From: an uncultured Gammaproteobacteria bacterium
Lineage (GTDB): Bacteria; Pseudomonadota; Gammaproteobacteria; Ga0077536
NCBI GenBank assembly: GCA_964642505.1
Contig: CAZXQY010000003.1
Coordinates: 324 to 64,323, forward strand
Reading direction: 5' to 3'
DNA length: 64,000 nucleotides
The notes beneath the pieces were generated by a model. The model saw only the letters and a program-made list of their open reading frames with translations, was not told the origin of the DNA and did not search any database. Below are positions 41,406 to 49,880 of this stretch, in pieces (positions within the stretch are counted from its first letter, which is position 1; every line of letters starts with the position of its first letter). A program made the translations under genes and the position numbers.

Positions 41406-42665
41406 TCAAAATCTGGATAATCGATAATCTTTCTCTGGTATCGTAGTAGCGCTATTCGATATGATATCGGCAAGTAACTTTCCTGAACCAGGAGCCATGG
41501 TCCAACCAAGATGTCCGTGCCCCGTATTCAAATACAAGCCCTTTAAATCTGTCCTGCTTACCACAGCGACGCCGTCAGGTGTCATTGGTCGGTAACCGAA
41601 CCACGGAGAAGCGTCCACGCAATTATTGGGAATATCCCCGAACGGATAGAGTGCTTGACAAACATCAAATAGATTATTTATTCGGCCGAGGGGCATATCC
41701 GAATTAAAAGCAGCGAACTCGGCAGTTCCGGCTATTCGCAACCTAGAGCCAAGAGGACAAACCGCCGCATGACGGAATTCATCAATTACCGGAATTTTAG
41801 GGTAATTATCCCAACCTTCCATAGCCAGAGTAATCGAGTATCCTTTCACAGGCTCAACAGGCAATTTAATCCCGATAGCTCGGATTAAGTTTTTACTGTG
41901 ACAACCTGCTGCTACAATACAAGCTTCTCCAGCCACGATTTCACCTCTCACCCTGAGTCCACAAAACCGATCGTTTTCGATAACGATTTCGTCCACCTCA
42001 GAATTCCTCAGGATAGTGATTCCCGCCTTACGGCACGCATCAGCCAAAGATTTACAAAACTTATTAGCATCGCCTGATGCGTCATCCGGATAGTATATTC
42101 CCCCTACGAGATTAGACGACGCCGCTTCCAGTGCTGGTTCTAACTCCGCCAATTCCGAACACTCTAGTACCCGCGATATGGTACCCATTACCTTCGCTTC
42201 ATCTGCCACCACGCAGGCGGTGTTAAACGCGCCAAAATCAGAATAGATCTTTAAGGTACCGACCGCCTTGTAATCGAAATCTAGTTGCAAACCAAGAAGT
42301 TCGTCCTTTAGAACATCTAACGAATATTTCGCCAGCCGAGCATTCTTCTCAAGATTGGATCGAAACTCTTTTGAAGACGAATTTCTGAAAAAAGACCAAA
42401 TCCAAGGCAACATCTGAGCAACCGCATACGGCCTAATTAACAGAGCAGAATCTTCTCTACCCAGCATTTTCATCGCTTCCCAGAAAATTCCGGGGTGGTT
42501 CCAAGGATTAGCCTCACTAGCGTGAAGCATTCCCCCATTTCCGTAACTCGTACCTAGCCCAACTTCTTCACCGGCCTCATAAACCGACACCTGGTAGCCC
42601 AACCGTCCGAGAAACCAGGCCGAGGTGAGTCCCAACAACCCAGCGCCGATTACTTGGCAGTGCAT
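41406..42665 (-). CDS. FAD-dependent oxidoreductase (D-amino-acid dehydrogenase DadA-like)
   Basis: N-terminal GAGLLGLTSAWFL dinucleotide-binding motif. DAO-family length and C-terminal motifs. Confidence 0.75.
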   Translation of the reverse strand: MHCQVIGAGLLGLTSAWFLGRLGYQVSVYEAGEEVGLGTSYGNGGMLHASEANPWNHPGIFWEAMKMLGREDSALLIRPYAVAQMLPWIWSFFRNSSSKEFRSNLEKNARLAKYSLDVLKDELLGLQLDFDYKAVGTLKIYSDFGAFNTACVVADEAKVMGTISRVLECSELAELEPALEAASSNLVGGIYYPDDASGDANKFCKSLADACRKAGITILRNSEVDEIVIENDRFCGLRVRGEIVAGEACIVAAGCHSKNLIRAIGIKLPVEPVKGYSITLAMEGWDNYPKIPVIDEFRHAAVCPLGSRLRIAGTAEFAAFNSDMPLGRINNLFDVCQALYPFGDIPNNCVDASPWFGYRPMTPDGVAVVSRTDLKGLYLNTGHGHLGWTMAPGSGKLLADIISNSATTIPEKDYRLSRF

Positions 42666-42732
42666 GACGCCTCCCTACTAAAAAAATTAGACTCTAACTA
42701 TCCGCGCTCAAGGTATAAACAACCTTCTTACA

Positions 42733-42762
42733 AAAAAGCCGGCTTTTAACCGGCTTTTTTAA
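42733..42762. terminator. Bidirectional rho-independent terminator
   Basis: AAAAAAGCCGG-CTTTTAA-CCGGCTTTTTT: a GC stem flanked by A- and T-tracts, between the convergent 3' ends. Confidence 0.7.
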
Positions 42763-42784
42763 AACAAGCTATCCAAGCAGAAAA

Positions 42785-43108
42785 TTAAAGGACAACGTCC
42801 TTTATTGCTTTCATAGCAGTCGCCCTAACCGATAGACTAGCGGGCCTAGCTTCTACATCGACCATTTCACCGGTAAACGGATTCCTTGCTTTACCTGCTG
42901 GCCTGGCTGGCTTATCGACTCGTCTCAGTTTCACACCTATCTCAGGGACTGTGAACTCGCCTGATCCATTATTTATCAAGTGACCTGCGGCAAGTCCTTT
43001 AACAGCCAGTAGTACCGCTTGAACGTACTTTTTAATCAGGTTGACTTCGTCTGCTACCGCAGAAATAATTTGAGACTTGGTTTGTTTCTGTGTTATCGCG
43101 CTGCTCAT
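42785..43108 (-). CDS. HU/IHF-family nucleoid-associated DNA-binding protein with an N-terminal extension
   Basis: The segment GEFTVPEIGVKLRRVDKPARPAGKARNPFTGEMVDVEARP corresponds to the HU β-arm RNPxTGE motif. Confidence 0.75.
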   Translation of the reverse strand: MSSAITQKQTKSQIISAVADEVNLIKKYVQAVLLAVKGLAAGHLINNGSGEFTVPEIGVKLRRVDKPARPAGKARNPFTGEMVDVEARPASLSVRATAMKAIKDVVL

Positions 43109-43476
43109 ATTTCCTCCCATGGCAGTGGCACTATATACTTAGGAATTGACCTATCTTAATCAAAAACAACTGGAGGTCTACTCGGATCGCTTTTCATAGA
43201 CCTGAGCGCCTTCGGCAAAAATCCGAGTCGCCTATTACAATGTCTCAATTCCCGATTCTTCTTGTAAAATGCTATCTCTTTAACAGAACTCGATTCAAGT
43301 TAAAAATCCAGCATTTGTTATTTAGCTCGATCTTCCCTAGATTAGCCCTTAGGTTTTGATCGTTGCTTCACTTTGTCCGGCGCCCACAAGTTTAATCTTA
43401 ATTCGTCCGGCAAATCAATCCATAAGGGAAAAAAAGCCATAATTTATGGATAAAACACTTCTATCCCGCGGAACTT

Positions 43477-43893
43477 TCAGGTACTTTCCTTGACGGCAGG
43501 CGCTAATTCCTCAGTTACATTACCTTTATCTACTTGCTTATGTTCAAGTTCACCTTCGAACACTGCCCCCGGTTCTAACTTAAGAAGCGAGTACGCAAGC
43601 CTACCTTTTACGCTAGCAGTGCTGCCTATTTCTAGCTGATGGAGCGCTAGTATGTCTCCCTCAACGGTGCCATAGATTAGAACATAATCGCCCTTTACTT
43701 GCCCCTTTACACTGCCCGTCTCTCCGATCTCAACAACAGCCTTTCCCGTAGCAATAATATCCCCTTCTACTTGTCCCGCAACGAAAACATTATTATCACA
43801 CCTCAGATTGCCTTGGAAAATCGTCCCAAACCCCACTATCGATGTGTCTTTTGATAACTTTTTGAGAGTATTTTTGTAGCGATTTAGAATCAT
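43477..43893 (-). CDS. Bactofilin (DUF583) cytoskeletal protein
   Basis: Repetitive β-helical G/V-rich core (VFVAGQVEGDIIATGKAVVEIGETGSVKGQVKGD...). Confidence 0.8.
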   Translation of the reverse strand: MILNRYKNTLKKLSKDTSIVGFGTIFQGNLRCDNNVFVAGQVEGDIIATGKAVVEIGETGSVKGQVKGDYVLIYGTVEGDILALHQLEIGSTASVKGRLAYSLLKLEPGAVFEGELEHKQVDKGNVTEELAPAVKEST

Positions 43894-43907
43894 TTCACCC
43901 CCCACTC

Positions 43908-44816
43908 TTAAATTTGCCGTAGACTACTTGGTCTAATCGAGGTAAGGCCATCGTCATTAATTATTTTGACCACCCATCCACCAAATTCTTTTGTCGTCTG
44001 CATTAATTTAACGACATTATGGTCACTTATCCCGTAACTAAAAGTACTTCTAAAGACCTTTGAATAAAATATAGGTTGCCCTAAGTAACAGGGAAACTCT
44101 TTAAGAGTTCGGTATATTTGTAAGATTTCGCTCCTGTCATCCAATAAATTAGGGATCACCACCACTGTTGGCAGAAATTCAATCTTTCCACCACTGTTTA
44201 TTTGCGGATTTGGATCAAATAACCTCGATAGAAATTTTTTAGTCGCCGTCAAATCAGCATCCGACGCAGACGTTGGAACGAAGAGATAATTAGCATCTAA
44301 CATGAAAGAATACTCAGCAGGAGTGGTACCAGCCGGAGTATCAAAGAAAACGAAACGACGTTCGCTTTCAGAGGACCGCACATAATCAGTCCTCAAATGT
44401 TGGTAAATTCTAGCATTATTTGGTCCACCCGAAGCCAGTATAAATTCGGGATCCGACACCAAACTAAACTTAGCGTTAACAAATCTGTGCAAAGACTCGC
44501 TAGTTGTAGCCTGTCTATCTAGATCAATAAATTCTATCCGGGAATCAGGTTCTTCGATCGCAAGATTTAGACATGTCATGAACGCAACGGTACTCTTCCC
44601 AACTCCTCCCTTGGAATTAGCAAAAACCACCGAGGTCGCGCCTTTTAACTCATGGCGCCGAAGCTCCTCGCTCCCAACAGAGCCTTGTTCTTCACCGCTT
44701 CCAGATCCGCCACCCGGCTGAACTGGAATCTCGGATACCTCCCTGGTAGCCAGAGAATCAGCGCCGCCCTTACTCTCATTTTGCCGCCCTAACTGTTTAA
44801 GAAATCTATCTAGCAC
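43908..44816 (-). CDS. ParA/MinD-family P-loop ATPase with a Gly/Ser-rich N-terminal extension
   Basis: Deviant Walker A NSKGGVGKST, IDLDRQ, and Walker B VFFDTPAG. Confidence 0.8.
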   Translation of the reverse strand: MLDRFLKQLGRQNESKGGADSLATREVSEIPVQPGGGSGSGEEQGSVGSEELRRHELKGATSVVFANSKGGVGKSTVAFMTCLNLAIEEPDSRIEFIDLDRQATTSESLHRFVNAKFSLVSDPEFILASGGPNNARIYQHLRTDYVRSSESERRFVFFDTPAGTTPAEYSFMLDANYLFVPTSASDADLTATKKFLSRLFDPNPQINSGGKIEFLPTVVVIPNLLDDRSEILQIYRTLKEFPCYLGQPIFYSKVFRSTFSYGISDHNVVKLMQTTKEFGGWVVKIINDDGLTSIRPSSLRQI

Positions 44817-44851
44817 AGCTTTGAACCGGATATTCTGGCGCAGTAATGTCC

Positions 44852-45289
44852 CTATTTGTCACCGTCTGCAGGTTTAGGAGGGCCGCCAGTAGGTTTCATA
44901 TCTACCTTCTGAGCCAGGCGGTTGAGTCTGTCCTCGGAGCTCGCAGCTGATGGAGCATCCCAATCAGTGGATATTTCCCCAACAAGCTTGGCCCCTTCAT
45001 GTGCCTCTATCGAGCCATATGATATTTTTCCTCTAATTTTACCTGTAGACGCAACCGTCAGTTTGCCGGACAGATTTAGACTTTCGTCCACTACGCCCTC
45101 AATCCAAGCAGTCTCACCAGATATATCGCCCGAAACATTACCGCTCTTTCCAACAATGAGGTGCTTTACCTGCACTTTCCCGACCAGACGACCGTCTATC
45201 CTCGCAGTACCTTGTATCGCTAAGGAAGCACCTTCTAATTCCGTCGACTCCCCAACGAAAAACTCATAGTTTTTTTGCTCATCTTTCAT
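44852..45289 (-). CDS. Bactofilin (DUF583) cytoskeletal protein
   Basis: β-helical repeat core (IDGRLVGKVQVKHLIVGKSGNVSGDISGE...) and a Pro-rich C-terminal tail. Confidence 0.8.
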   Translation of the reverse strand: MKDEQKNYEFFVGESTELEGASLAIQGTARIDGRLVGKVQVKHLIVGKSGNVSGDISGETAWIEGVVDESLNLSGKLTVASTGKIRGKISYGSIEAHEGAKLVGEISTDWDAPSAASSEDRLNRLAQKVDMKPTGGPPKPADGDK

Positions 45290-45418
45290 CTGTCTACTTC
45301 TCTCTTAAATAACGGATTCGCGTCCCCGTTTAGCCGATTTTCTTGGCCAATTCTTGGACTATTTAACCTTAACGTAGTCCATTATACACAAAAAACATTT
45401 TATCGAACCTTTCTTTGA

Positions 45419-45505
45419 CGGAGAGGGAGGGATTCGAACCCCCGGTCCGGTTACCCGGACAACTGATTTCGAGTCAGCCCCATTCGACCGCTCTGGCACC
45501 TCTCC
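45419..45505 (-). tRNA. tRNA-Ser (anticodon CGA)
   Basis: The reverse complement folds as a class II tRNA. Acceptor GGAGAGG, anticodon loop CUCGAAA, long variable arm GTCCGGGTAACCGGAC, T-loop GGTTCGAATCC. Close to E. coli serU. Confidence 0.85.
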
Positions 45506-45650
45506 TGAAAACTACTTGAACCGTCGGTTAGTAAAAATCCTAAGAAATTCTTCAAAAGTTAGCTATTTACTTGATTTTCTTAGGAATAATTAGCTTAATC
45601 CAGCGATACCTTAGAATTAGAAATTTGACTAGTTTTGGCATAATCCCTAG

Positions 45651-47420
45651 CTAACTGCAATCATCTTCAAATTCTCTTTTTTTAACATAATGCCCGGGCG
45701 CCCGTTCCAAAATCAAGCCCCGGTCAACAGGAGTTGCCCGAATCTTTCTTCCACTGTGCGGTTTCACCCACTCTAGCCAACTAATCCACCAACTGAATTG
45801 GTGTTTTTCTTCGTCACAACCATTATCCAAAAACTGTCCTGACGACTCATCTACTTTCAGAATTCGATGGCAATATGCCTTTTCCCCTGGTGGATTAACT
45901 ATCCCTGCAACATGTCCTCCTTCTGTGAGAATAAATTGTGGCGCAACGCCCATCAACTTCGCACCGGCTAAAGTCGACTGCCATGGAGCAATATGGTCTT
46001 CGATTGCAGAAACAAAGCACGTGGGTAGCAACACCTCGTCTAAATCCACCTCGACCCCCCCGACGGATAGGGAATTAGGCGTCACTAGACGATTTTCCAG
46101 GTACATATTCCTTAAATAGGTGCTATGCATTTTAACCGGTAGTCGGGTGGTATCCGAGTTCCAAAACAGAATATCAAAGGCAACAGGATCTTTACCTAAA
46201 AGGTAGTTTTGAACAAAAAAATACCAAATCAAATCCGCAGCCCTTATTAAATCAAAAACGACAGCTAAATCTTTGCCTGCCAAATAGCCTCTCTCCTCCA
46301 TACGATCTTCAATTAGCTCTATATTCTCATCGTCGACGAAGACGCCCAAATCCCCGGGCTCACTAAAATCCAACATAGTCGTGAGGAAAGTAGCGGAATT
46401 CACACGCGGATCACCCTTAGATTGCATGACCGCTAACATGGTGCCGAGTAAGGTACCTCCCAGACAGTAACCCAAAACGTTTATCGACGAAACTGCCGAA
46501 TTTTTTACCACTACCTCGACGGCTTCGAGAAAGCCCTCTTTCCCATAATCGTCAAAGTCGACACTTGACAATTTATCGTCCGGATTTACCCATGAAATAA
46601 CATAAACCGTCAAACCCTGGTTTGTCGCCCACTTTATAAAGGAATTTTCTGGGCTCAAATCCAGGATATAGAATTTATTTATCCAGGGAGGAACAATGAG
46701 AAGTGGTTTTTCATAAACTTCCGAGACTACAGGTTCATATTGAATCAATTGCATCAACCGATTTTGAAAAATAACGGCTCCTTTAGAGGTCGCTATATTT
46801 CTCCCAAGCTCAAAGGCACACTCGTCAACCTTTTTCGGTTTTAAAAACCCTTCTCCAGAACTAAAGTCGCTCAGAAAATTAGTTGCACCCTTTATAAGAT
46901 TCTGCCCTCCACTTTCAAAAGTGGCCCTTAATACCTCTGGATTGGTCAATATGAAATTAGAAGGCGACATCGTTTCAAAATACCTCGCTGAATAAAACTC
47001 TACCTTTCGACGCATCTGATCGTCCAGACCGTCGATTTTGCCAATGGAATCTAGTAGAACCTCAACAATTTGAAGGTAGGTATCACGTATGTATTTGAAG
47101 AAAGGGTTTTCCTCCCAGTCACCGGATTTAAAACGGTTATCCTTTACTACGGATCCCGGCAAGCCCGGCACATTGTCTGTCATAAATCGAAAACCGTCGT
47201 TTCCGTCCGTCAACAATTGAAGGATGGTACGTTGAACAGTCAAACTTTGATCAGGATTTTTCGCCAATAAATCAAAATATTGTCGAAAAGCCGACTTTAT
47301 TCCTAAGATGTCTTCTTCTGACGAAAACCACATATCCGACGATCTTCCTCGTGGTCCCAGAGTTTGATCTGGTTGAAGACTACCCACCTCTGGTTCTTTT
47401 GGTCGCTTATCCGTTCCCAT
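45651..47420 (-). CDS. phaC: Class I poly(3-hydroxyalkanoate) synthase PhaC
   Basis: 589 aa with an α/β-hydrolase lipase box GYCLGG. N-terminal region typical of class I PhaC. Confidence 0.85.
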   Translation of the reverse strand: MGTDKRPKEPEVGSLQPDQTLGPRGRSSDMWFSSEEDILGIKSAFRQYFDLLAKNPDQSLTVQRTILQLLTDGNDGFRFMTDNVPGLPGSVVKDNRFKSGDWEENPFFKYIRDTYLQIVEVLLDSIGKIDGLDDQMRRKVEFYSARYFETMSPSNFILTNPEVLRATFESGGQNLIKGATNFLSDFSSGEGFLKPKKVDECAFELGRNIATSKGAVIFQNRLMQLIQYEPVVSEVYEKPLLIVPPWINKFYILDLSPENSFIKWATNQGLTVYVISWVNPDDKLSSVDFDDYGKEGFLEAVEVVVKNSAVSSINVLGYCLGGTLLGTMLAVMQSKGDPRVNSATFLTTMLDFSEPGDLGVFVDDENIELIEDRMEERGYLAGKDLAVVFDLIRAADLIWYFFVQNYLLGKDPVAFDILFWNSDTTRLPVKMHSTYLRNMYLENRLVTPNSLSVGGVEVDLDEVLLPTCFVSAIEDHIAPWQSTLAGAKLMGVAPQFILTEGGHVAGIVNPPGEKAYCHRILKVDESSGQFLDNGCDEEKHQFSWWISWLEWVKPHSGRKIRATPVDRGLILERAPGHYVKKREFEDDCS

Positions 47421-47531
47421 TGCTGTCTGAACGCTTTAGCTTGATTTCTATTTGATGATCTTGCTTTATCACGACACAGTAAAAACCGCACTATTTTGCA
47501 GGGCGATCCGAAACCAGAAAGCAAATACCAT

Positions 47532-48935
47532 TTATTTTTTTCCACCTAAATAAAGGTCGGTTATTGTTCCGGAAGCAACCTCGGCAGCTAAGCCTATGGT
47601 TTCTACAAGCGTAGGATGAGGATGAATAGTCAATCCGAGATCCTCGAAATCACTTCCCATTTCTAAAGCCAGAGCAATTTCACCGATCAATTCACCGGCA
47701 TTTGCACCCACGATCCCACCACCTATGAGTCGTCCGCCATTTTTTTCAAATAATAACTTCGTAATACCTTCCTGACGTCCCATGGACAAGGAACGTCCAC
47801 TGGCCCCCCACGGAAATACTCCTTTTTTAAATTCTAAATCTGCCCGAAGAGCTTGGTCCTCAGTAAGACCCACCCATGCCAATTCCGGATCGGTGTAGGC
47901 TACCGAAGGAATTGACCGGGGTTCGAATACACTTTTTAATCCGACAGCCGATTCTGCCGCGACTTTCCCTTGACGAGACGCCTTATGGGCCAGCATAGGC
48001 TCACCCAAAACATCTCCAATAGCATAAATGTTAGGCATTGAAGTTTTCAGGCAATTATCCACGGAAATAAAGCCATTTTCAGATAAATTTACCCCCAAAG
48101 TCTCGAGCCCGATTGAATCCGTGTTTGGCACTCGCCCTATCGCCATCAGAATTTTGTCAAAAGCCGCTTTCGCCGGCGCTCCCTGCCCATCGAAAGTTAC
48201 GACGAGAGAATCCGGGTTAGGTTCCACTCCTACTACCCTGACTTCTTTGTAAATGGATTCTACTCTTTTTATAATCGACTTTTCTAAGGGAGCGACCAAA
48301 TCTATATCCGCACCGGACATAAGGTTAGGGGCAATCTCAACTATGGTTACTCGGCTTCCAAGTTCCGCGTATACCGAAGCCATCTCCAAGCCAATGATAC
48401 CCCCTCCTACAATTAATAGCCTTTCGGGAATATCCTTCAAACTTAAAGCTCCTGTCGAATCCATTATCCTAGGATCGTCGGCAGTCCCAGCCAATTTAGT
48501 AGGAAGAGAACCTGTAGCTATTATAGCCTTCTCAAAATTCAATTGAGTAGAGCCACCCATAGACTTGACTGTCAACTGATCAGTACCCGTAAAAAAGCCT
48601 ACTCCAGTCACGACATCAACTTGCCGCTTCTTAGCAAGGGCTCCCAAGCCTTTTGATAGCAGAGAGATCACCGAGTCCTTTTTGCTATTTAATTTATCCA
48701 AATCCAGATTTTTTTCTTCATAATAGACGCCGTAGTCGGCTATATCCCGTACGTCACTAATAACCTTAGCAACATGCAGAAGAGTTTTTGATGGGATACA
48801 ACCTACATTAAGACAAACACCTCCCAATTTGGGGTGCTTTTCCACCAAAGCCACTTTCAGACCAAGATCAGCAGCTCGAAAAGCCGCAGTATATCCTCCG
48901 GGGCCGGAGCCCAAAACCACTAAATCATAATTCAT
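47532..48935 (-). CDS. lpdA: Dihydrolipoyl dehydrogenase (E3)
   Basis: GSGPGGY...GGVCLNVGCIPSK redox-active disulfide motif, NAD-binding GGGIIG, and a C-terminal HPT dimerisation motif. Confidence 0.95.
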   Translation of the reverse strand: MNYDLVVLGSGPGGYTAAFRAADLGLKVALVEKHPKLGGVCLNVGCIPSKTLLHVAKVISDVRDIADYGVYYEEKNLDLDKLNSKKDSVISLLSKGLGALAKKRQVDVVTGVGFFTGTDQLTVKSMGGSTQLNFEKAIIATGSLPTKLAGTADDPRIMDSTGALSLKDIPERLLIVGGGIIGLEMASVYAELGSRVTIVEIAPNLMSGADIDLVAPLEKSIIKRVESIYKEVRVVGVEPNPDSLVVTFDGQGAPAKAAFDKILMAIGRVPNTDSIGLETLGVNLSENGFISVDNCLKTSMPNIYAIGDVLGEPMLAHKASRQGKVAAESAVGLKSVFEPRSIPSVAYTDPELAWVGLTEDQALRADLEFKKGVFPWGASGRSLSMGRQEGITKLLFEKNGGRLIGGGIVGANAGELIGEIALALEMGSDFEDLGLTIHPHPTLVETIGLAAEVASGTITDLYLGGKK

Positions 48936-49113
48936 AAGTCAGCCCATTAATTATTTTGAACACAGAATTGAACATCCAGTAAAGTCTTGTAAGATAACTA
49001 TAGGTTTCCATATCTTAATATCTTTATAGCTAGAAAAATTCGTTAGCACAATTTAATCCCTTGGGGTAACCTTATTAAGAGTGTAAAATTTTTCAACGCC
49101 AGGGATTGTAACC

Positions 49114-49299
49114 GTGAACACCCGAGAAATAAAAATCTTGCCAGAAAACGAAGAAGCCTGCCACTGCGACGGCGGCCAGCTGGGGCACCCTAGGATTAGG
49201 CTCCTTTTCGGGAGTAACAGATACGTAGATTGCTACTATTGCGGACAGAGATTCGCGAAGGCCGGATACTCCGAAAAGACCCAGGAATTACTCTCCTGA
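49114..49299 (+). CDS. Small zf-CHCC-type zinc-finger protein (NDUFS6-like fold)
   Basis: 61-aa protein with a C-H-C...H...C-x2-C pattern (CHCDGG..GHPRI...CYYCGQRF). Confidence 0.5.
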   Translation: MNTREIKILPENEEACHCDGGQLGHPRIRLLFGSNRYVDCYYCGQRFAKAGYSEKTQELLS

Positions 49300-49815
49300 A
49301 TTTGCGACTCCGATATCAACGAGCGGTTTATCCTGACCTCTCGTTTTGAGCCAATCCCTAAGCGCCATCCCGGTTCCAGCATCCCAAGGTTCTACTTTTT
49401 CCACACCCACCCATTTTGCGTCTGCGACTTCGTTTCGATCCAAAGAATAATTATCGCTATCCACCGATACATGGTAGGCAATGATCAGTTCATTCTTTCT
49501 ATAAAATTCGTACATTCCAATATAAGATTCCAGGCGAGCGTCCAGTCCTATTTCTTCTTTAACCTCTCTCAATACAGCTTGCACCGGCATCTCGCCTGAC
49601 TCAACGAACCCAGTAACTAAGCCGTACCAGCTCTCGGGCCAACCCACATTACGCACCAAAAGGATTGATTCTTTGCATTCAACGATAGCGGCCACCACTG
49701 GTATAGGATTACGCCAATTTACGAAACCGCACTTTACATCGGGACATACCATGCGCTCTCGTTCAGACAAGAACATTTCCTCAAGTGCTTTTCCGCAGTA
49801 AGGACAAAAATTCAT
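49288..49815 (-). CDS. NUDIX hydrolase with an N-terminal zinc-ribbon (NudC-like)
   Basis: CPYCG...CPDVKCGF zinc ribbon followed by the Nudix box GFVESGEMPVQAVLREVKEEIGL. Confidence 0.8.
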   Translation of the reverse strand: MNFCPYCGKALEEMFLSERERMVCPDVKCGFVNWRNPIPVVAAIVECKESILLVRNVGWPESWYGLVTGFVESGEMPVQAVLREVKEEIGLDARLESYIGMYEFYRKNELIIAYHVSVDSDNYSLDRNEVADAKWVGVEKVEPWDAGTGMALRDWLKTRGQDKPLVDIGVANSGE

Positions 49816-49880
49816 AATCCCCCAACAATTTGTTTTACTTTTCTAGATATAAATCCATGATAGCATTAATCTTTTTACGG

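Noticed and set aside
47303-47545. 80-aa ORF between phaC and lpdA
   Set aside because: It overlaps the lpdA 3' end and the phaC 5' region. It is basic, low-complexity, has no ribosome-binding site, and is most likely spurious.
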